A stretch of DNA of 64,000 nucleotides from assembly GCF_023055435.1 (NCBI RefSeq), contig NW_025963890.1, positions 71,052,001-71,116,000 on the forward strand. Reading direction: 5' to 3'. Shown piece after piece: positions 26,051 to 39,847 of this stretch (positions are counted from its first letter, which is position 1; every line of letters begins with the position of its first letter). The DNA is from Haliotis rufescens. Lineage: Eukaryota. The translations under genes and the position numbers were made by a program. The notes under the pieces are model-generated. The model searched no databases, had not been told where the DNA came from, and saw only the letters and a list, made by a program, of their open reading frames with translations.

Positions 26051-26219
26051 GATAAAAATTGAGGGGCTGGTAATATTTAAAGTTGCAAATCCACCGAGAC
26101 TGGCAGTTTCAAACGCCATCAGGAAGAGGGCTGTTCTGCTGTAAAGGATGGAACAGAGATGTAGTAATAGGTTTTGCTGTTGTGTAAGTCTCTCTGATGG
26201 AGGTACTTTTGTTTCCCAG

Positions 26220-26422
26220 ATTCACAAAGAAGTTGGGGTCCGCCACAAGGCATACTGGTGCATCAAGGAATGGCACCCGCCCATGTTCAGCATCCTGTTT
26301 GAGATGTACATGTTCATCATGATGTTCTTCGTCCCCATCTGCTTCATGGTGGTCGCCTACTCCTTCATCTGTGTGGAGGTCTGGAAGGTGGCCGGCATGC
26401 GGGCGAGCATGAGGTCTGGAAG
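26220..26422 (+). CDS. Same GPCR, exon for ECL2/TM5: IHKEVGVRHKAYWCIKEW...FFVPICFMVVAYSFICVEVWKVAGMRASMRSG
   Basis: Acceptor tttgtttcccAG, donor AG|GTGAGT at 26423. ECL2 cysteine (YWC) and TM5 F..P...M...Y pattern. 203 nt, phase 0 in, phase 2 out. Confidence 0.92.
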
Positions 26423-27610
26423 GTGAGTTGGGTGGAGGTCTGGAAGGTGAGTTGGGTGAAGGTCTGGAAGGTGGCCGGCATGAGGTCTGGGAGGTGAGTT
26501 GTGTGGAGGTCTGGAAGGATAGTTGTGTGGAGGTCTGGAAGGTGAGTTGTGTGGAGGTCTGGAAAGTGAGTTGTGTGGAGGTCTTGAAGGTGAGTTGTAT
26601 GGAGGTCTTGAAGGTGAGTTGGGTGGAGGTCTGGAAAGTGAGTTGTGTGGAGGTCTGGAAGGTGAGTTGTGTGGAGGTCTGGAAGGTGAGTTGTGTGGAG
26701 ATTTGGAAGGTGAGTTGTCGTCTGTGTAGAGGTCTGTAAGGTTAGTTGGTGTCTGCGTGAAGGTCTGGAAAGTGAGTTGGTGTTTGTGTGGAGGTCTGGA
26801 AGGTGAGTTGGTGTCTGTGTAGAGGTCTGTAAGGTTAGTTGGTGTCTGCGTGAAGGTCTGGAAGGTGTGTTGGTGTCTGTGTGGAGGTCTGGAAGGTGTG
26901 ATGGTGTCTGTGTGGAGGTCTGCATGGTGAGTTGGTGTCTGTGTGGAGGTCTGGAATGTTGGTTTGTATCTGTGCGCAGAACTGGAAGGTGTGTTGGTGT
27001 CTGTGTGGAGGTCTGTAAGGTGTGTTGGTGTCTGTGTGGAGGTATGGAAGGTGTGTTGGTGACTGTGTGGAGGTCTGCATGGAGAGTTGGTGTCTGAGTG
27101 GAGATCTGGAATGTTAGTTTGTATCTGTGCGCAGAACTGGAAGGTGTGTTGGTGTCTGTGTGGAGGTCTGTAAGGTGTGTTGGTGTTTGTGTGGAGGTCT
27201 GGAAGGTGTGTTGGTGTCTGTGTGGAGGTCTGGAAGGTGTGATGGTGTCTGTGTGGAGGTCTGCATGGTGAGTTGGTGTCTGTGTGGAGGTCTGGAATGT
27301 TGGTTTGTATCTGTGCGCAGAACTGGAAGGTGTGTTGGTGTCTGTGTGGAGGTCTGTAAGGTGTGTTGGTGTCTGTGTGGAGGTATGGAAGGTGTGTTGG
27401 TGACTGTGTGGAGGTCTGCATGGAGAGTTGGTGTCTGAGTGGAGATCTGGAATGTTAGTTTGTATCTGTGCGCAGAACTGGAAGGTGTGTTGGTGTCTGT
27501 GTGGAGGTCTGGAAGGTGTGTTGGTGTCTGTGTGGAGGTCTGGAAAGTGAGCTGGTGTCTGTGTGGAGGTCTGGAAGGAGAATTGATGTCTGTGTGTGTG
27601 TGTGGAGGCC
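26423..27610 (+). repeat. Exon/donor-derived minisatellite: 24-bp units changing to 31-bp units with a 341-bp higher-order duplication
   Basis: Core TGTGTGGAGGTCTGGAAGGTG is identical to exon sequence. Confidence 0.93.
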
Positions 27611-27780
27611 TGAGTGATATGGATGCATGTTGTAAAAGAAATCTAAACTCTTCACTCAGCTGCCACAATCACGTATAAAATAGTACTTGTTTAGTTGATC
27701 CCCTTATCTGTCTCAGTTGATAAGGCATATCAAGGATGCTCACTGTACTAGTCATATCTCTGTAGCCTGCCGTCACCTCT

Positions 27781-28048
27781 GATTTGTTTGTTTGTTGTTT
27801 AACGCCGCACTCAGCAATATTCAAGCTATAGGACGGCGGTCTGTAAATAATCGAGTCTGGACAAGACAATCCAGTGATTGATATAATGAGCATCGATCCA
27901 CGCAATTGGGATACGATGACATGCATCAACCAATTCAGCGAACCTGACCAACCGATCTCGTTAGTCGCCTCTTACGACAAGCATAGTCGCCTTTTATGGC
28001 AAGCATGGGTTGCTGAAGATCTATTCTACCTCGGGTCATCACGTGTCT
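27781..28048 (-). mobile_element. SINE-like family B
   Basis: Reverse-complement match to 4716-4958. Confidence 0.85.
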
Positions 28049-28158
28049 CAACACCCCTGAACATACATTGTCAAGTTACGAGTAAAACCTTTCCTTACAT
28101 AGGACTAGTGACCCTGCTGTATTTCAGCGATCATCCTGACGCTTCTTTCCGCTTCTAG

Positions 28159-28297
28159 GGTCATCTCGTCGGCGCCATGTCAGTTCCGCAGCAATGGCGT
28201 CCGATGGGAGAACCATGACGCCACCACCCCGCTCACTAGCCACGGCATCCACAAACCAAAGAAGACATTCTCAGATGACAATGTGGTCAGAAAGCAG
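28159..28297 (+). CDS. Same GPCR, ICL3 exon: (R)VISSAPCQFRSNGVRWENHDATTPLTSHGIHKPKKTFSDDNVVRKQ
   Basis: Found by reading, not in ORF track. Acceptor tttccgcttctAG, donor CAG|GTAGGA. 139 nt (1+46 codons) exactly bridges a phase-2 donor and a phase-0 acceptor; ends in basic RKQ just before TM6. Confidence 0.85.
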
Positions 28298-28849
28298 GTA
28301 GGACTATCACCATTACTCCATGTCAATTCCAATAATGTATTTGTTTTATTGAAAGAACATTGGCCCACAGTGTCCATGTCAATAGTGATCATTGTTTTAC
28401 ATGATTGTGTAGAACATTCTGTTCTGTTCAGCATTGCATGATGGACAGATATGGAATTCGTAGTTCGATAGTATCCGTTGTCTAGTAGATAGAACGTCTG
28501 CCGGAGAGCGGAAGGTCGGTGGTTCGATCCCCGATCACGTCATATCAAAAGATAATATATATAGGTATAAGATATAAATATAAATATTATAAATATTTAA
28601 ATATTAATGGAATTGAAAGTCGCGTTGCAATGTAAACTTTCAAAACAGAAATGAATTAGGTATAATAGCTCAAGCAACACTGTTTTGAACGCATTGCATA
28701 AACGCAACGGTGTCTTCTCAGGCACATTTTGCACATGCAATATAACACGAATGAAAACTCGCGTGCATTTTTTGTCATCTTTGTCCGTTGTAAGCCACTG
28801 AAATTGAAAAACATAATCAGTTGAATCTGAGACTTCAGTCGGTTTAAGA

Positions 28850-29480
28850 AGCATCCCGAATCACCAAAATACAGATAGGAATAGCCATCGGCATGTTGCA
28901 AGCCGGATCAACGCCTGAACCACCATGGCCACCATCACAAGACTCAAAACTCGTCAACAACAGACACGCAGTGTCCAGGAGAGCAGCCGTTCCCGGTGGC
29001 CAAGGATAACAACTGCAGCTTAAGATCGACACATCCGGATGACACTTATCAGAATCCGACAGCTGCCAGTCTCCAAGGTCCACATGGTCCAGTGTCATCC
29101 AACACCATTCGTCATCCTCTGAGAGCAGCAGGGATCCAGTGTCGGCGCCCTTATTTTGGCCCAATACTTCTTACTCTTCGGCACCTCCAGCAACGTCTGC
29201 AGTGGGCCCAACAGCATCGACATTGGCGACGTAACAGTGGCGTCTCTCAGATACATCAAGATTCCACCTGTCAAACGCCGATGGGCGCATTGTATGGAGA
29301 GGAGGGAGAGACGTGGTGTGGGGAGGATTTAGATTTCATCAAAGGACGCCTGCACACGTCTTCCGTCAACGTGTGACAGCAATGGTCTATAGCGATAACG
29401 TTCTTCGACGTTGTGTTAGACCCCGTAGCTGATCCTCAACTATTCGTAGCTCGTCCTCAACTCCTAGTGTTCCAGGAGGA
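28850..29480 (+). pseudogene. Degenerate Tc1 transposase remnant
   Basis: IAIGMLQAG N-terminus; LRAAGIQCRRPYFGPILLT..H.QQRLQWAQQH; VFQED. Confidence 0.75.
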
Positions 29481-30995
29481 CTTTTGCTGTTCAATACGTT
29501 CCTCTTTCTCTTATATCCTTTCTTTTATACCCTTTCTTTTCTTTCCATTCCTACTTGTACTATTTCGACTGAAAGTTTATGAAAACTATATTAAGTGGGT
29601 TCTTCAGACTCGAAAATAATGCAAATTATAATCAGGCGCCGTTCTAGTAGATTTATACTGGACATAAGTGGTATTGGTAAAACGCGATCACGTGATGGTC
29701 GCAATAACAGGATGATCACAGTGAGAAGTATTTTGATGGGGAGGTGAGGCTAGATGAAATTAGGTTTAACGTCGCGCCATAGATTATTGCGCTTAAATAA
29801 CGACGTGCGTGCGTGCGTGCGTGCGTGCGTGTGGGTGTGTGTCTGTGGCTGCTTGTACCTGTCATGAATAATATCGCAACCCCCTCAGATACTATGCCGC
29901 TTTTTAACATGCATACTCAACCCAGACACAGTATACTGGCGCTGCCCAGTCCTTTTCTTATCCCCTTATAGCAGAGCGCCAGGCATGGTAACAACAAGCA
30001 CAATCATTTAACGTTTTTGATATGATGCGGCCGGGGATCGAACCCCGACGTCCATCTGTCCGAACAGATTTTCTACCCACTACACCACGTAGTCGCTCCA
30101 CTTGAAGAAAGAACCATCGACTTAGTGGCACCGTTCCCCGGCAACGTGAATGGTTGCTCTCCATATCGACCACGTGGTCAATGCAAGCAAATCTCTGCAA
30201 GTAAACGTGATATCATTTAGGAACTGACCATTTCATATTGTGGCGTGATGCGTTCGGGAGCCACGGACTTTGCGAAAACAATAATATGGTCCAATTTTTT
30301 TTAAAACGTTAGCCTCAGGTCGTAAGAAACTTTCTTCTCTCTGCGTCTTGTAACGGCAGTCATTTTCAAAGTAATGCTCATGGTATCGATTCTATTCAGT
30401 GTCGTTCTTTCAGCAACGATGGCTAATGATTGATAATAGAAATGGTTTTGCAGTAAAAATTAAATATAAATGGCTTGTTCATTTCATCAGGCAGGTGATG
30501 CAATAGAAAAACACGTCGATCTGGCTTTTTACACAGGGCTTGACGCTTCTCTGTTACAGCCGCTCTTTAAAAAAAATAACTTTTCCTGACTTTGCATTTG
30601 TTTCTGTGCACATTGATTATATCGAGCTGAGGGAACCTCGCATTTCACGCTTGTAGCTATAATCAGACGACAACTTCGATTCGCTGTAACCATCTCCTAA
30701 ATTCACCATCCATGCAGACATTTGGGCATAAATACTGTGTCCACGTGACATTAACCGGAAGTTAATTACCCTGTTTGACACTGTACTTCGTGGCCATTAG
30801 GAACCAACCCGAAGTGGCGCCCTGGCCTCTTCATTAGGCTGGTCGCAAAGTACGACCGTGAAGTGATTGTGATGTCGGTAAATCGTTGTAGCCGATACAC
30901 CGTTCATCTAGCGGAGGCCCTCATCTCTACAAATTGTCCTTTATCCTTCATTGAAAGGCTGAGTAAATAGCTCTAACTCCATTGAAGTTGTCAAG

Positions 30996-31240
30996 AGTGA
31001 GTTGGGTTTCACGCTGCTTTGAACAGTAGTCACGTCACATCACGGCGTATCAGCTTAATGTGGGAGGAAAGCCCGACGTGATGCGACCCCAGCTCTTTAC
31101 CATTTTGGTGAAAGCCAAGAGAACAGTTATGGTGCTGACAAACCCCGAAATATAAACAACCAGGATTCGAACCTACAGTCATATGTTTCTGGTGTGCCCA
31201 AGGGACGCAACTCTGTACAGCGCATTGCGGCGCCTTAGGC
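30996..31240 (-). mobile_element. SINE family A, diverged
   Basis: cttaatgtgggaggaaagcccga...agggacgcaactctgtacagcg match. Confidence 0.8.
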
Positions 31241-31627
31241 GCCCCGGAAGTTGTCGTGAGATTGCCATAAATTTTTAATTGTTTTCCTAGCATCGGAGAT
31301 GCCAGAGGAGTGGGCCAGTGAATTCTGTTAAACAAAAGGCACAAAACCCTTTCCATATCTATAAGAAATTTCTACTCAAAGCAGGGGAAGACGACTGCGA
31401 CAATATCATATACATGTTTATGCTATGTTTATACCAGGATTTCGCGAAAAGGTGAGCGTATACTGCTCCACCGGTGGCATACGTCACAAACACATGCAAA
31501 GACAAGTCAATTGTTCTGACAAAACACGGCAACACATGGTACAGGTCAGATTAGGGAATTGCATCGGACATACTCATGGAAACTTTAGGGTAGTCATCGA
31601 ACTACTATCCCAAGCCCTGCTTAATCC

Positions 31628-32292
31628 TGTCTGTCATTCAGCCCTATATGATAACGGCCTACATTACTTCACCCAGTCTGTCATTCAGCCCTATATGATA
31701 ACGGCCTACATCACTTCACCCAGTCTGTCATTCAGCCCTATATGATAACGGCCTACATCACTTCACCCAGTCTGTCATTCAGCCCTATATGATAACGGCC
31801 TACAACACTTCACCCAGTCTGTCATTCAGCCCTATATGATAACGGCCTACATCACTTCACCCAGTCTGTCATTCAGCCCCATGTGATAACGGCCTACATT
31901 ACTTCACCCAGTCTGTCATTCAGCCCTATATGAAAACGGCCTACAACACACCCAGTCTGTCATTCAGCCCTATATGATAACGGCCTACAACACTTCACCC
32001 AGTCTGTCATTAAGCCTTGTATGATAACGGCCTACAACACTTCACCCAGTCTGTCATTAAGCCCTATGTGAATACGGTCTACAACACTTCACCCAGTCTG
32101 TCATTAAGCCTTGTATGATAACGGCCTGCAACACTTCACCCAGTCTGTCATTAAGCCTTGTATGATAACGGCCTACAACACTTCACCCAGTCTGTCATTA
32201 AGCCTTGTATGATAACGGCCTACAACACTACACCCAGTCTGTCATTCAGCCCTATATGATAACGGCCTGCAACACTTCACCCAGTCTGTCAT
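31628..32292. repeat. 47-bp minisatellite, about 14 copies
   Basis: Period 47 (31681, 31728). Confidence 0.95.
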
Positions 32293-33539
32293 AAAACTGT
32301 TTGAAACGCCGTTGTGACACGCTGACACGCTATCAACTCATGGAACTTGACCAACTGATCAATTGTCTGCTCACACAACAAGTCTAGATTGTTGGGCTCT
32401 AATTCTAACCGGGAATGTAATGGCTAAAACGGTAGCCTAGTGTTCGCACTGCACACAGAATGCCATGGTTCGATTCCCATCGTGGGTACAATGTATGAAG
32501 CACATTTCTTGTGTGCCCGGCTTGATATTCTTGGAATATTGCTACGGGGTAAAATCAAATTCACTTTACAGTAATATACTGAACACCATCTAGCCTTCTA
32601 CGAAGGGCATTTACCAGGAGAAAACTGATGCATAAAGAACAACATTCATTAGGTCCAAACAGGATATGTTTTAATCTGTTCAGCCCCAGACCTGCTTATA
32701 TACATGATGACACTCTGTATACACCCAATGATGAATGACAACCTTATCGGTGACATCTTATCTGAAGTGTGGACAACGTTGTTAGTGTACCTCTCTGCAG
32801 GATGCTGTCAAAGTCTTTTTTCCGCAGTCATATATTAAAATCCTGACACGATAAAAGCAAGTATATTTCATTATGAAGTCAGGACCTAAATCTTTTTTTG
32901 AATCATCACGGCAATGCTGGATTGGTGGAATATATCCCCAAAATGCTACAAGAGGGGAATAGTAGAATATCTTTAAACGGTGTTGAAGCTATTTTGAAGC
33001 TATGGTATCAGTGAAAATAGGATCGATGACATCGTGTATAGAATGAAGTTATGGTCTATAATAGAATATTTTCATAAGAAATCTATGTCAAAAGCAGAGT
33101 CGATATTATAATTCCGACTTTATCACCAGCATGCGTTTATGAATCATTATCAAATAGTGATGATACCAGGTGCTCTCGAAAATGTGAACGTGTCCTGTCC
33201 CACCGGTGGCACCCGTCACAAACACATGCAAAGGCTGGTCACTTGTTCACCTGAAATAAAACACGCGAACTCATGGTACAAGTCATAATAATGAATTGCA
33301 TCAGACATCATCTTTTGTCAATGATTGGAAATGTGCTCCACATGTCTACCACAAACAATTTGAAAACTTTACTGAGGCCTTGAATTTTGTAACCTTGATC
33401 AAAACAACTTCTGAACAAAAGTCGTATGACGCCCTTTGAGTTATGTACAGAAGGGGAACAAGAAACTGCACATCTGTTGTTGAAAATCATCACAATCATT
33501 GATTATGATATGACAAGACTGAATATTTTAAAATTTTAG

Positions 33540-33972
33540 GTTTTTCAAAATTGTTTGTGATGCAGCGAAATGTCCCTACTCGTGGATTTATTGATACATC
33601 ATACAGTCGTATACAAATTAAATCTAAAATGTATTCTTTAAGTATTGAATGGCAACTAGACCTTGACCATATTTTTTTTCAAAATTGTTTGTGATCTGGT
33701 TCATTGATACATCATATGGTAATGTCCATACTCGTGGATTTATTGATACATCATACAGTCGAATACAAATTAAATCTAAAATGTACTCTTCAAGTATTGA
33801 ATGGCAACTAGACCTTGACCATATTTTTTTTCAAAATTGTTTGTGATCTGGTTCAGCGAAATGTTCAAACATGTGTTGACAGACTACGTATGGATTAATA
33901 GATTCATTATACACTCAAATAAACACATACATCTAAAATGTACTCTTCAAGTATTGAATGACAACTTGACCA
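33540..33972. repeat. Imperfect triplication of a ~140-bp AT-rich block
   Basis: ttttcaaaattgtttgtgat...aagtattgaatg..aact.gacc occurs three times. Confidence 0.8.
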
Positions 33973-34699
33973 AAATCGTACATTTTTGTTATTGTTGAGA
34001 ATAAGCTACTTTAAAATATCTATAAAACTCTATATTATATAATTTAAAATGATGATTTCACCATTGTCTGGTGTAAGAAAACCTGGCAAGTTTTGTAAGT
34101 ATGATTGGAATAGCAGCTTTACGATACATCTGATATTAAGCATCATTCCAGAGTCAAATATTCAAAATACCGACAGGAACTGAAGACTGACGGTTCCAGT
34201 TCCCGCAACCAGCAACTAACACTCACTTAATGTCGAAATACTTCAATCTGCTCTACCAATGATCGAATTGTAATAATGGCTGCACTGCGTACGCATCAAC
34301 TGATGACAGGCGTCCTATCGGTGACGTCGTATCTTCCGTGCTGAGGCAAGTCTGTTTATTGCTTTTTCAGGACCAATTGCTCCGTTAATGCTCAAATAGA
34401 AACATAATAAATGATATTTATCCCGATTTTGTTTCTGCTGTCCATCTTGCGTCACATGTAGCGCAGGGACTATACAGTGAGACTTACGCGCAACTCCTTA
34501 AATCAGTAGAACGGTCGGACATGAGTCTAAGCGAAAGTTTATTTAGGCTGTAGAAATGCTGTGAGATAAGATATTTATTGTATATAATTCCATGAAGAAA
34601 CAGTGGCAGTATTCTACAACCTACGAAATAGATGCACAGTAACTACAAAGCACACATATACATATCCAGATACAAGAGTGCCTCTTACAGCAGGCTTGC

Positions 34700-35170
34700 G
34701 TGACCTATTTTGACCCAGACTCTGTTCGAGATATTTCTATCCTCCCTGAGTTTTGTGTTTTTTAGCAATAAATAGTTTATTGTGAGATCGATTATTATCC
34801 TTCCTATCATAAGAACAGAATTGGCAGCCAACATCACCTGGTAAACATTGCATCTGAATAATCTCATGAAGGACACTTGTCTGAGAAGTTCACGAGCTCT
34901 AGACACTTGCCTGGATCTCCGTTCATCCTAATAGGGCCATTAACTGTGATACTATACCCAAATACTTCGCACCTGTTGCTAATTCCTGACACAATATACA
35001 CCGACCGCAAAATTTCAGAGCTTAAAGCAGTTTTTATGCAGTTTTTCCAATTCCGTAACACTCCGACAGTACTGAAGAAGACTCGTCCAGATCTCCAGCT
35101 CTGCGGTTCAGCTGTTTAAGAGCTTTAAATAATATACTAAGCATCTTTGAAAGACCTTATCCTCATCATC
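34700..35170 (-). pseudogene. Possible heavily decayed LINE reverse-transcriptase fragment (RTE-like)
   Basis: Weak motif resemblance only (IQA.V.RAR, LFRCNVYQVML). Confidence 0.3.
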
Positions 35171-35383
35171 CAATGCTTATGTTAAGAACAGGAATTAGCT
35201 GCTCAACCAATATGGGTTTTAACTTTAGAGATACTCAAACGAACATTCGACACCTGATTATCAGGTGCATTTGAAACGGAAACATTTGGCAATGCGATAT
35301 GATAGGAATGGTGATGGGTGTTGGAGGGTTTGGGCGGGAGGTTGTGTGCAGATGGGGAATCGCGGGGTGTGGTACATAGTTGT

Positions 35384-36606
35384 GCATGTAATAAGGTTAC
35401 ATACAGGTAATATTCAGGTAATATCCATGTAATAAAGTAACAAACAGGTAATATTCAGGTAATATCCATGTAATAAGGTAACATACAGGTAATATTCAGG
35501 AAATGTCCTTGTAATAAGGTAATATACAGGTAATATTCAGGAAATGTCCATGTAATAAGGTAATATACAGGTGATATTCAGGAAATATCCATGTAAAAAG
35601 GTTACATACAGGTAATATTCAGGTAATATCCACGTAATAAGGTAGCATACCGGTAATATACAGCTAATATCCATGTATTAAGGTAACATACGGTAATATG
35701 CAGGTAATATTCATGTATTAAGGTAACATAAAGTAATATACAGGTAATGTGCAGGTAATATTCAGGTAATAAGGTAGCATACCGGTAATATCCAGCTAAT
35801 ATCCATGTTTTAAGGTATCATAAGGTAATATGCAGGTAACATCCATGTATTAAGGTATCATAAGGTAATATCCATGTATTAAGGTAACATAAGGTAATAT
35901 GCAGGTAACATCAATGTATTAAGGTATCATAAGATAATATCCATGTAATAAAGTAACGTACAGGTAATATTCAGGTAATATCCATGTAATAAGGTAGCAT
36001 ACCGGTAATATACAGCTAATATCCATGTATTAAGGTAACATATGGTAATATGCAGGTAATATCCATGTATTGAGGTAACATATGGTAATATGCAGCTAAT
36101 ATCCATGTATTAAGGTAACATATGGTTATATGCAGGTAATATCCATGTATTAAGGTAACATATGGTAATATGCAGGTAATATCCATGTATTGAGGTAACA
36201 TATGGTAATATGCAGCTAATATCCATGTATTAATGTAACATATGGTAATATGCAGCTAATATCCATGTATTAAGGTATCATATGGTAATATGCAGGTAAT
36301 ATCCATGTATTAAGGTAACATAAAGTAATATACAGGTAATATTCAGGTAATAAGGTAGCATTCCGGTAATATACAGCTTCTATCCAAGTATTAAGGTTTC
36401 ATAGGGTAATATCCATGTATTAAGGTATCATATGGTAATATGCAGGTAACATCCATGTATTAAGGTATCATATGGTAATATGCAGGTAATATCCATGTAT
36501 TAAGGTAACATAAAGTAATATACAGGTAATATTCAGGTAATAAGGTAGCATTCCGGTAATATACAGCTTATATCCATGTATTAAGGTTTCATAGGGTAAT
36601 ATCCAT
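35384..36606. repeat. About 40-bp minisatellite built from GGTAA(T/C)AT sub-repeats
   Basis: Direct inspection. Confidence 0.9.
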
Positions 36607-39600
36607 CGAATAACACATACACTTAAGGTGAATTACATGTTATATATAAGGGATACAGACTGGCAACATATCGGTAACATGTCAGTAACATAGGATAGCA
36701 CACGTTACTTAGGGGTAACAGGTAACATACATCTGTGGTAACATGGAACTGTTATGATCGTTACTTATAAAAGGAAATAGGGATTAGTTTCAGGCGAGTT
36801 GGTCAGATGCTCAGTATGTGCGGAATCTATCAGGATATTTCTGGGAATGTTTTTATCACGTGTTTGATGACAATCCAATAGGATCCAAACATACAAAGCG
36901 ACATAAGACATAATGAGACGATGCCGACAGCTTTCCGAAAGGTATGTGCCAAATAAAAACATATTGCTCACAAGATATCTAAAACCTGTCAGATTTATTT
37001 ATTTTGCCGTCAACAAAGCAAATAAAATATGTTTCCACAGTCGTGTTAGATAATGATCCACAAAAATGGATCTCCTCGTGTTGAGCACCTTGAAAAGAAG
37101 TGGTGATTACCTTCACGTGGTAATGTTGACTTGGCTCTGTCTACAGATCTTAACAGGCGCTCAGGTCGTTACTGGTTGCAGTGTAGCAAACAGAGAACCT
37201 GTTAATACCGAGACTGACTTGCTTTCCACACCTCACAGTGTGCATCTCTTGGTTTCTCTTTATCAGAGCAGGAACGTCGTGGCAACGACGTAATGATGAT
37301 GGATTGTAATGTCGTCGTGGCCGAGATATCAGGAACCACGTGTGCATACACCTGCGGGCGTACATTCCTGATATAGGTTGTAGCAAAACAAGACTTACAT
37401 TCAGGGTAAACATAGATATCTTTAACTAAACTGATTAAAACACAGAACGTCTGTTATATGTTTTGATTATCGTTTCAAGTTCAGTGTTTTATCGGCATTT
37501 AGAGGTTGGATGTAAACAAGCAAATTGTAGTATGGTGAACAAATTGTTTACTTTACATACACGTTTCAGAGCTTCTTCTTGCCTCCTCATCAGGTGAATG
37601 ACCGGTTGGGGAGCATGACATATTAACGATACAGATGACGCCAGTGTTAATAAGATACATATAATTGAAGAGATTGACGTTATCCACACAACCAGAATCA
37701 ATAATGTGTGATGAATGGGTAAAAAGTAGTCTATTATCTTCCAAATTGTGCTCCTATCGTTCAGCTCTAAAGTCTGTCTTAGCGGCAGGTAGAATTTATC
37801 AGTAGTTGGCGAGTTTAGGTCAGTGACAGACAGACAGACAGACAGACAGATTGTTTATTATAGTCTCACCTCAATAACAATATTGAGTATACAGAAAAAA
37901 ACAATGAAATTTGAGCCACTCCTTTATGTATTTTTGAGAGACAATTATATAAATGGAAAATACACTAAAATATTCGTAATATCAGACAGACTCGCTAATA
38001 TAGAATAGCACCATGAAAACGCCCCGTTACAACACCACATCTAAAACTTGCTAATACTCTCCTGTGTGATCCGGGGATATCGCTTTCTACGTATTAATAT
38101 TCAACACCAAGTAAAAGTTTAAAATTAGAATATAATCTCAATGTATTCCCCCTGAACCAGTATAACTGCGAGGCTGTGACACGTCTTGACTCCACTGTGT
38201 ATGAAAATGATCTAACATCACACGTTTCACCTCTGAGACAACAACGATAGTTAAACAGGGATCAACCATTATATAATTGGATACCCTACCGTCACACAAT
38301 CAGTAAATAAAAATGAGCTCGAGTGTTGACACCGCCCCAAATGGTGTGGAATGCGGGTCTTGCAATTGCGGGCATATAAAACACAAATTCCATGCATGTC
38401 GCATGTGTAGAAGACGAATGGAGACTATATAAATGTAGGTTAATTAGTGGTTTGTACAAAACAAAAATGTTAATCATTAATCTTGAGGAAAAACGAAACG
38501 ATTGTGCGATCAGTAACTGTTGTCTTAAACAATGTACTGAGATTGAGAACTCTATAATGATTCACTGTTGATGTCATTATTGTTTCTATGACAACATGGC
38601 ATCAATATTTAAGTAGTAACTGTACCAGTGGGTCTAACGTTTCTTCAGGGAGCAGTGGAGTAGTGATATTGTACCTGAGTTTAGTGTAGACCGCATACCG
38701 ACTTATCCCTCCGCATATAGTTCGTACATAAAAAGCTTACATGGTGTATAGAAATAATTTCTACAATTTGTTTTCGAGCAACAGTTCTGTAAGGGTTACG
38801 ACCGCTGCCAGATTGTGTTGTGTACTGTGATAGTGACGTAAACAAGTGAAACAAGTGAATTAAATTTAAATATTGATTTCCTCCTATTCAGACCGGGGTG
38901 GCTGGGTAGCCTAGTGGTTAAGCCTCAGCACGTCAAGCCGAAGACCCGAGTTCGAATCCCCCCATGGGTACAATGTGTGAAGTCCATTTCTGGTATTTCG
39001 CGGATACATCACTATACAACAGTGTTAAGTAAATAAATCGCAAGTGATTCGCCGGTTTTGATTGGCTCATCAGGCAATATCTTTGTGTTTATATAACCAT
39101 TCACCGAATAGATATAAGACCACTCCCACTAACGGATTATTGTTTCCTGATTGGCCGAAAATAGAATGGGCGGAGTTTGTGTTACATTATTGCGATGATT
39201 GATAGTCGCCGATTTCGTATGGTTGCCATCATGTTTTGTGTGTTAATGATTAAATAAGCAGTCTGTGATGTTATCAGTGTTGACATATTTGTTTGTAAGA
39301 AGTCACTTCAATCTGCTACGAGTATTTACACAGTATGGACACCGTGTTTTACGTTTATACACCCAAAAAAGCAAAAAATATTGAAGTCAATTCTTATGTA
39401 AATACATTTAAAGCATGCAAATGCGTTTCACTTGTTTGTACACCGATATGTGAGTGAGTGAAATTATAATTTTAAATTTCAAATTTCAAATATACATGGA
39501 ATTAAATGTTAGACAAAGGTTGTCCCAAAACGGTCGCTCTATGACATGCCGAATGCTTCGCGCCCTTCCAGCGCTAACACTTTGGGAAATCCATATCTAT

Positions 39601-39847
39601 TTTTAACAAACACCCTCTTAGCATGCGCAATTCTCGCGTCACTGGTTGAGTATTATATTCATTTTTTGGCGTTTCTCTGAGACCCACAATTGGGAGTTGG
39701 GTTCCCATTTTTTTAATATGGACCCCTATAATTAAAGGTTTTCAGTACCTGAAACCATATGTTAAATAAGCCAGGTAACTCCGTGGGTAAATATTTTAGA
39801 TGATGCATGTTAAGATGCTACCTAGGTGTCCGCCCTTGCTGTTCCAG

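Noticed and set aside
31438-31451. Possible micro-exon AG|GATTTCGCGAAAAG|GTGAGC
   Set aside because: Part of a dispersed Tc1-related repeat; 14 nt would break the frame between two phase-0 junctions.
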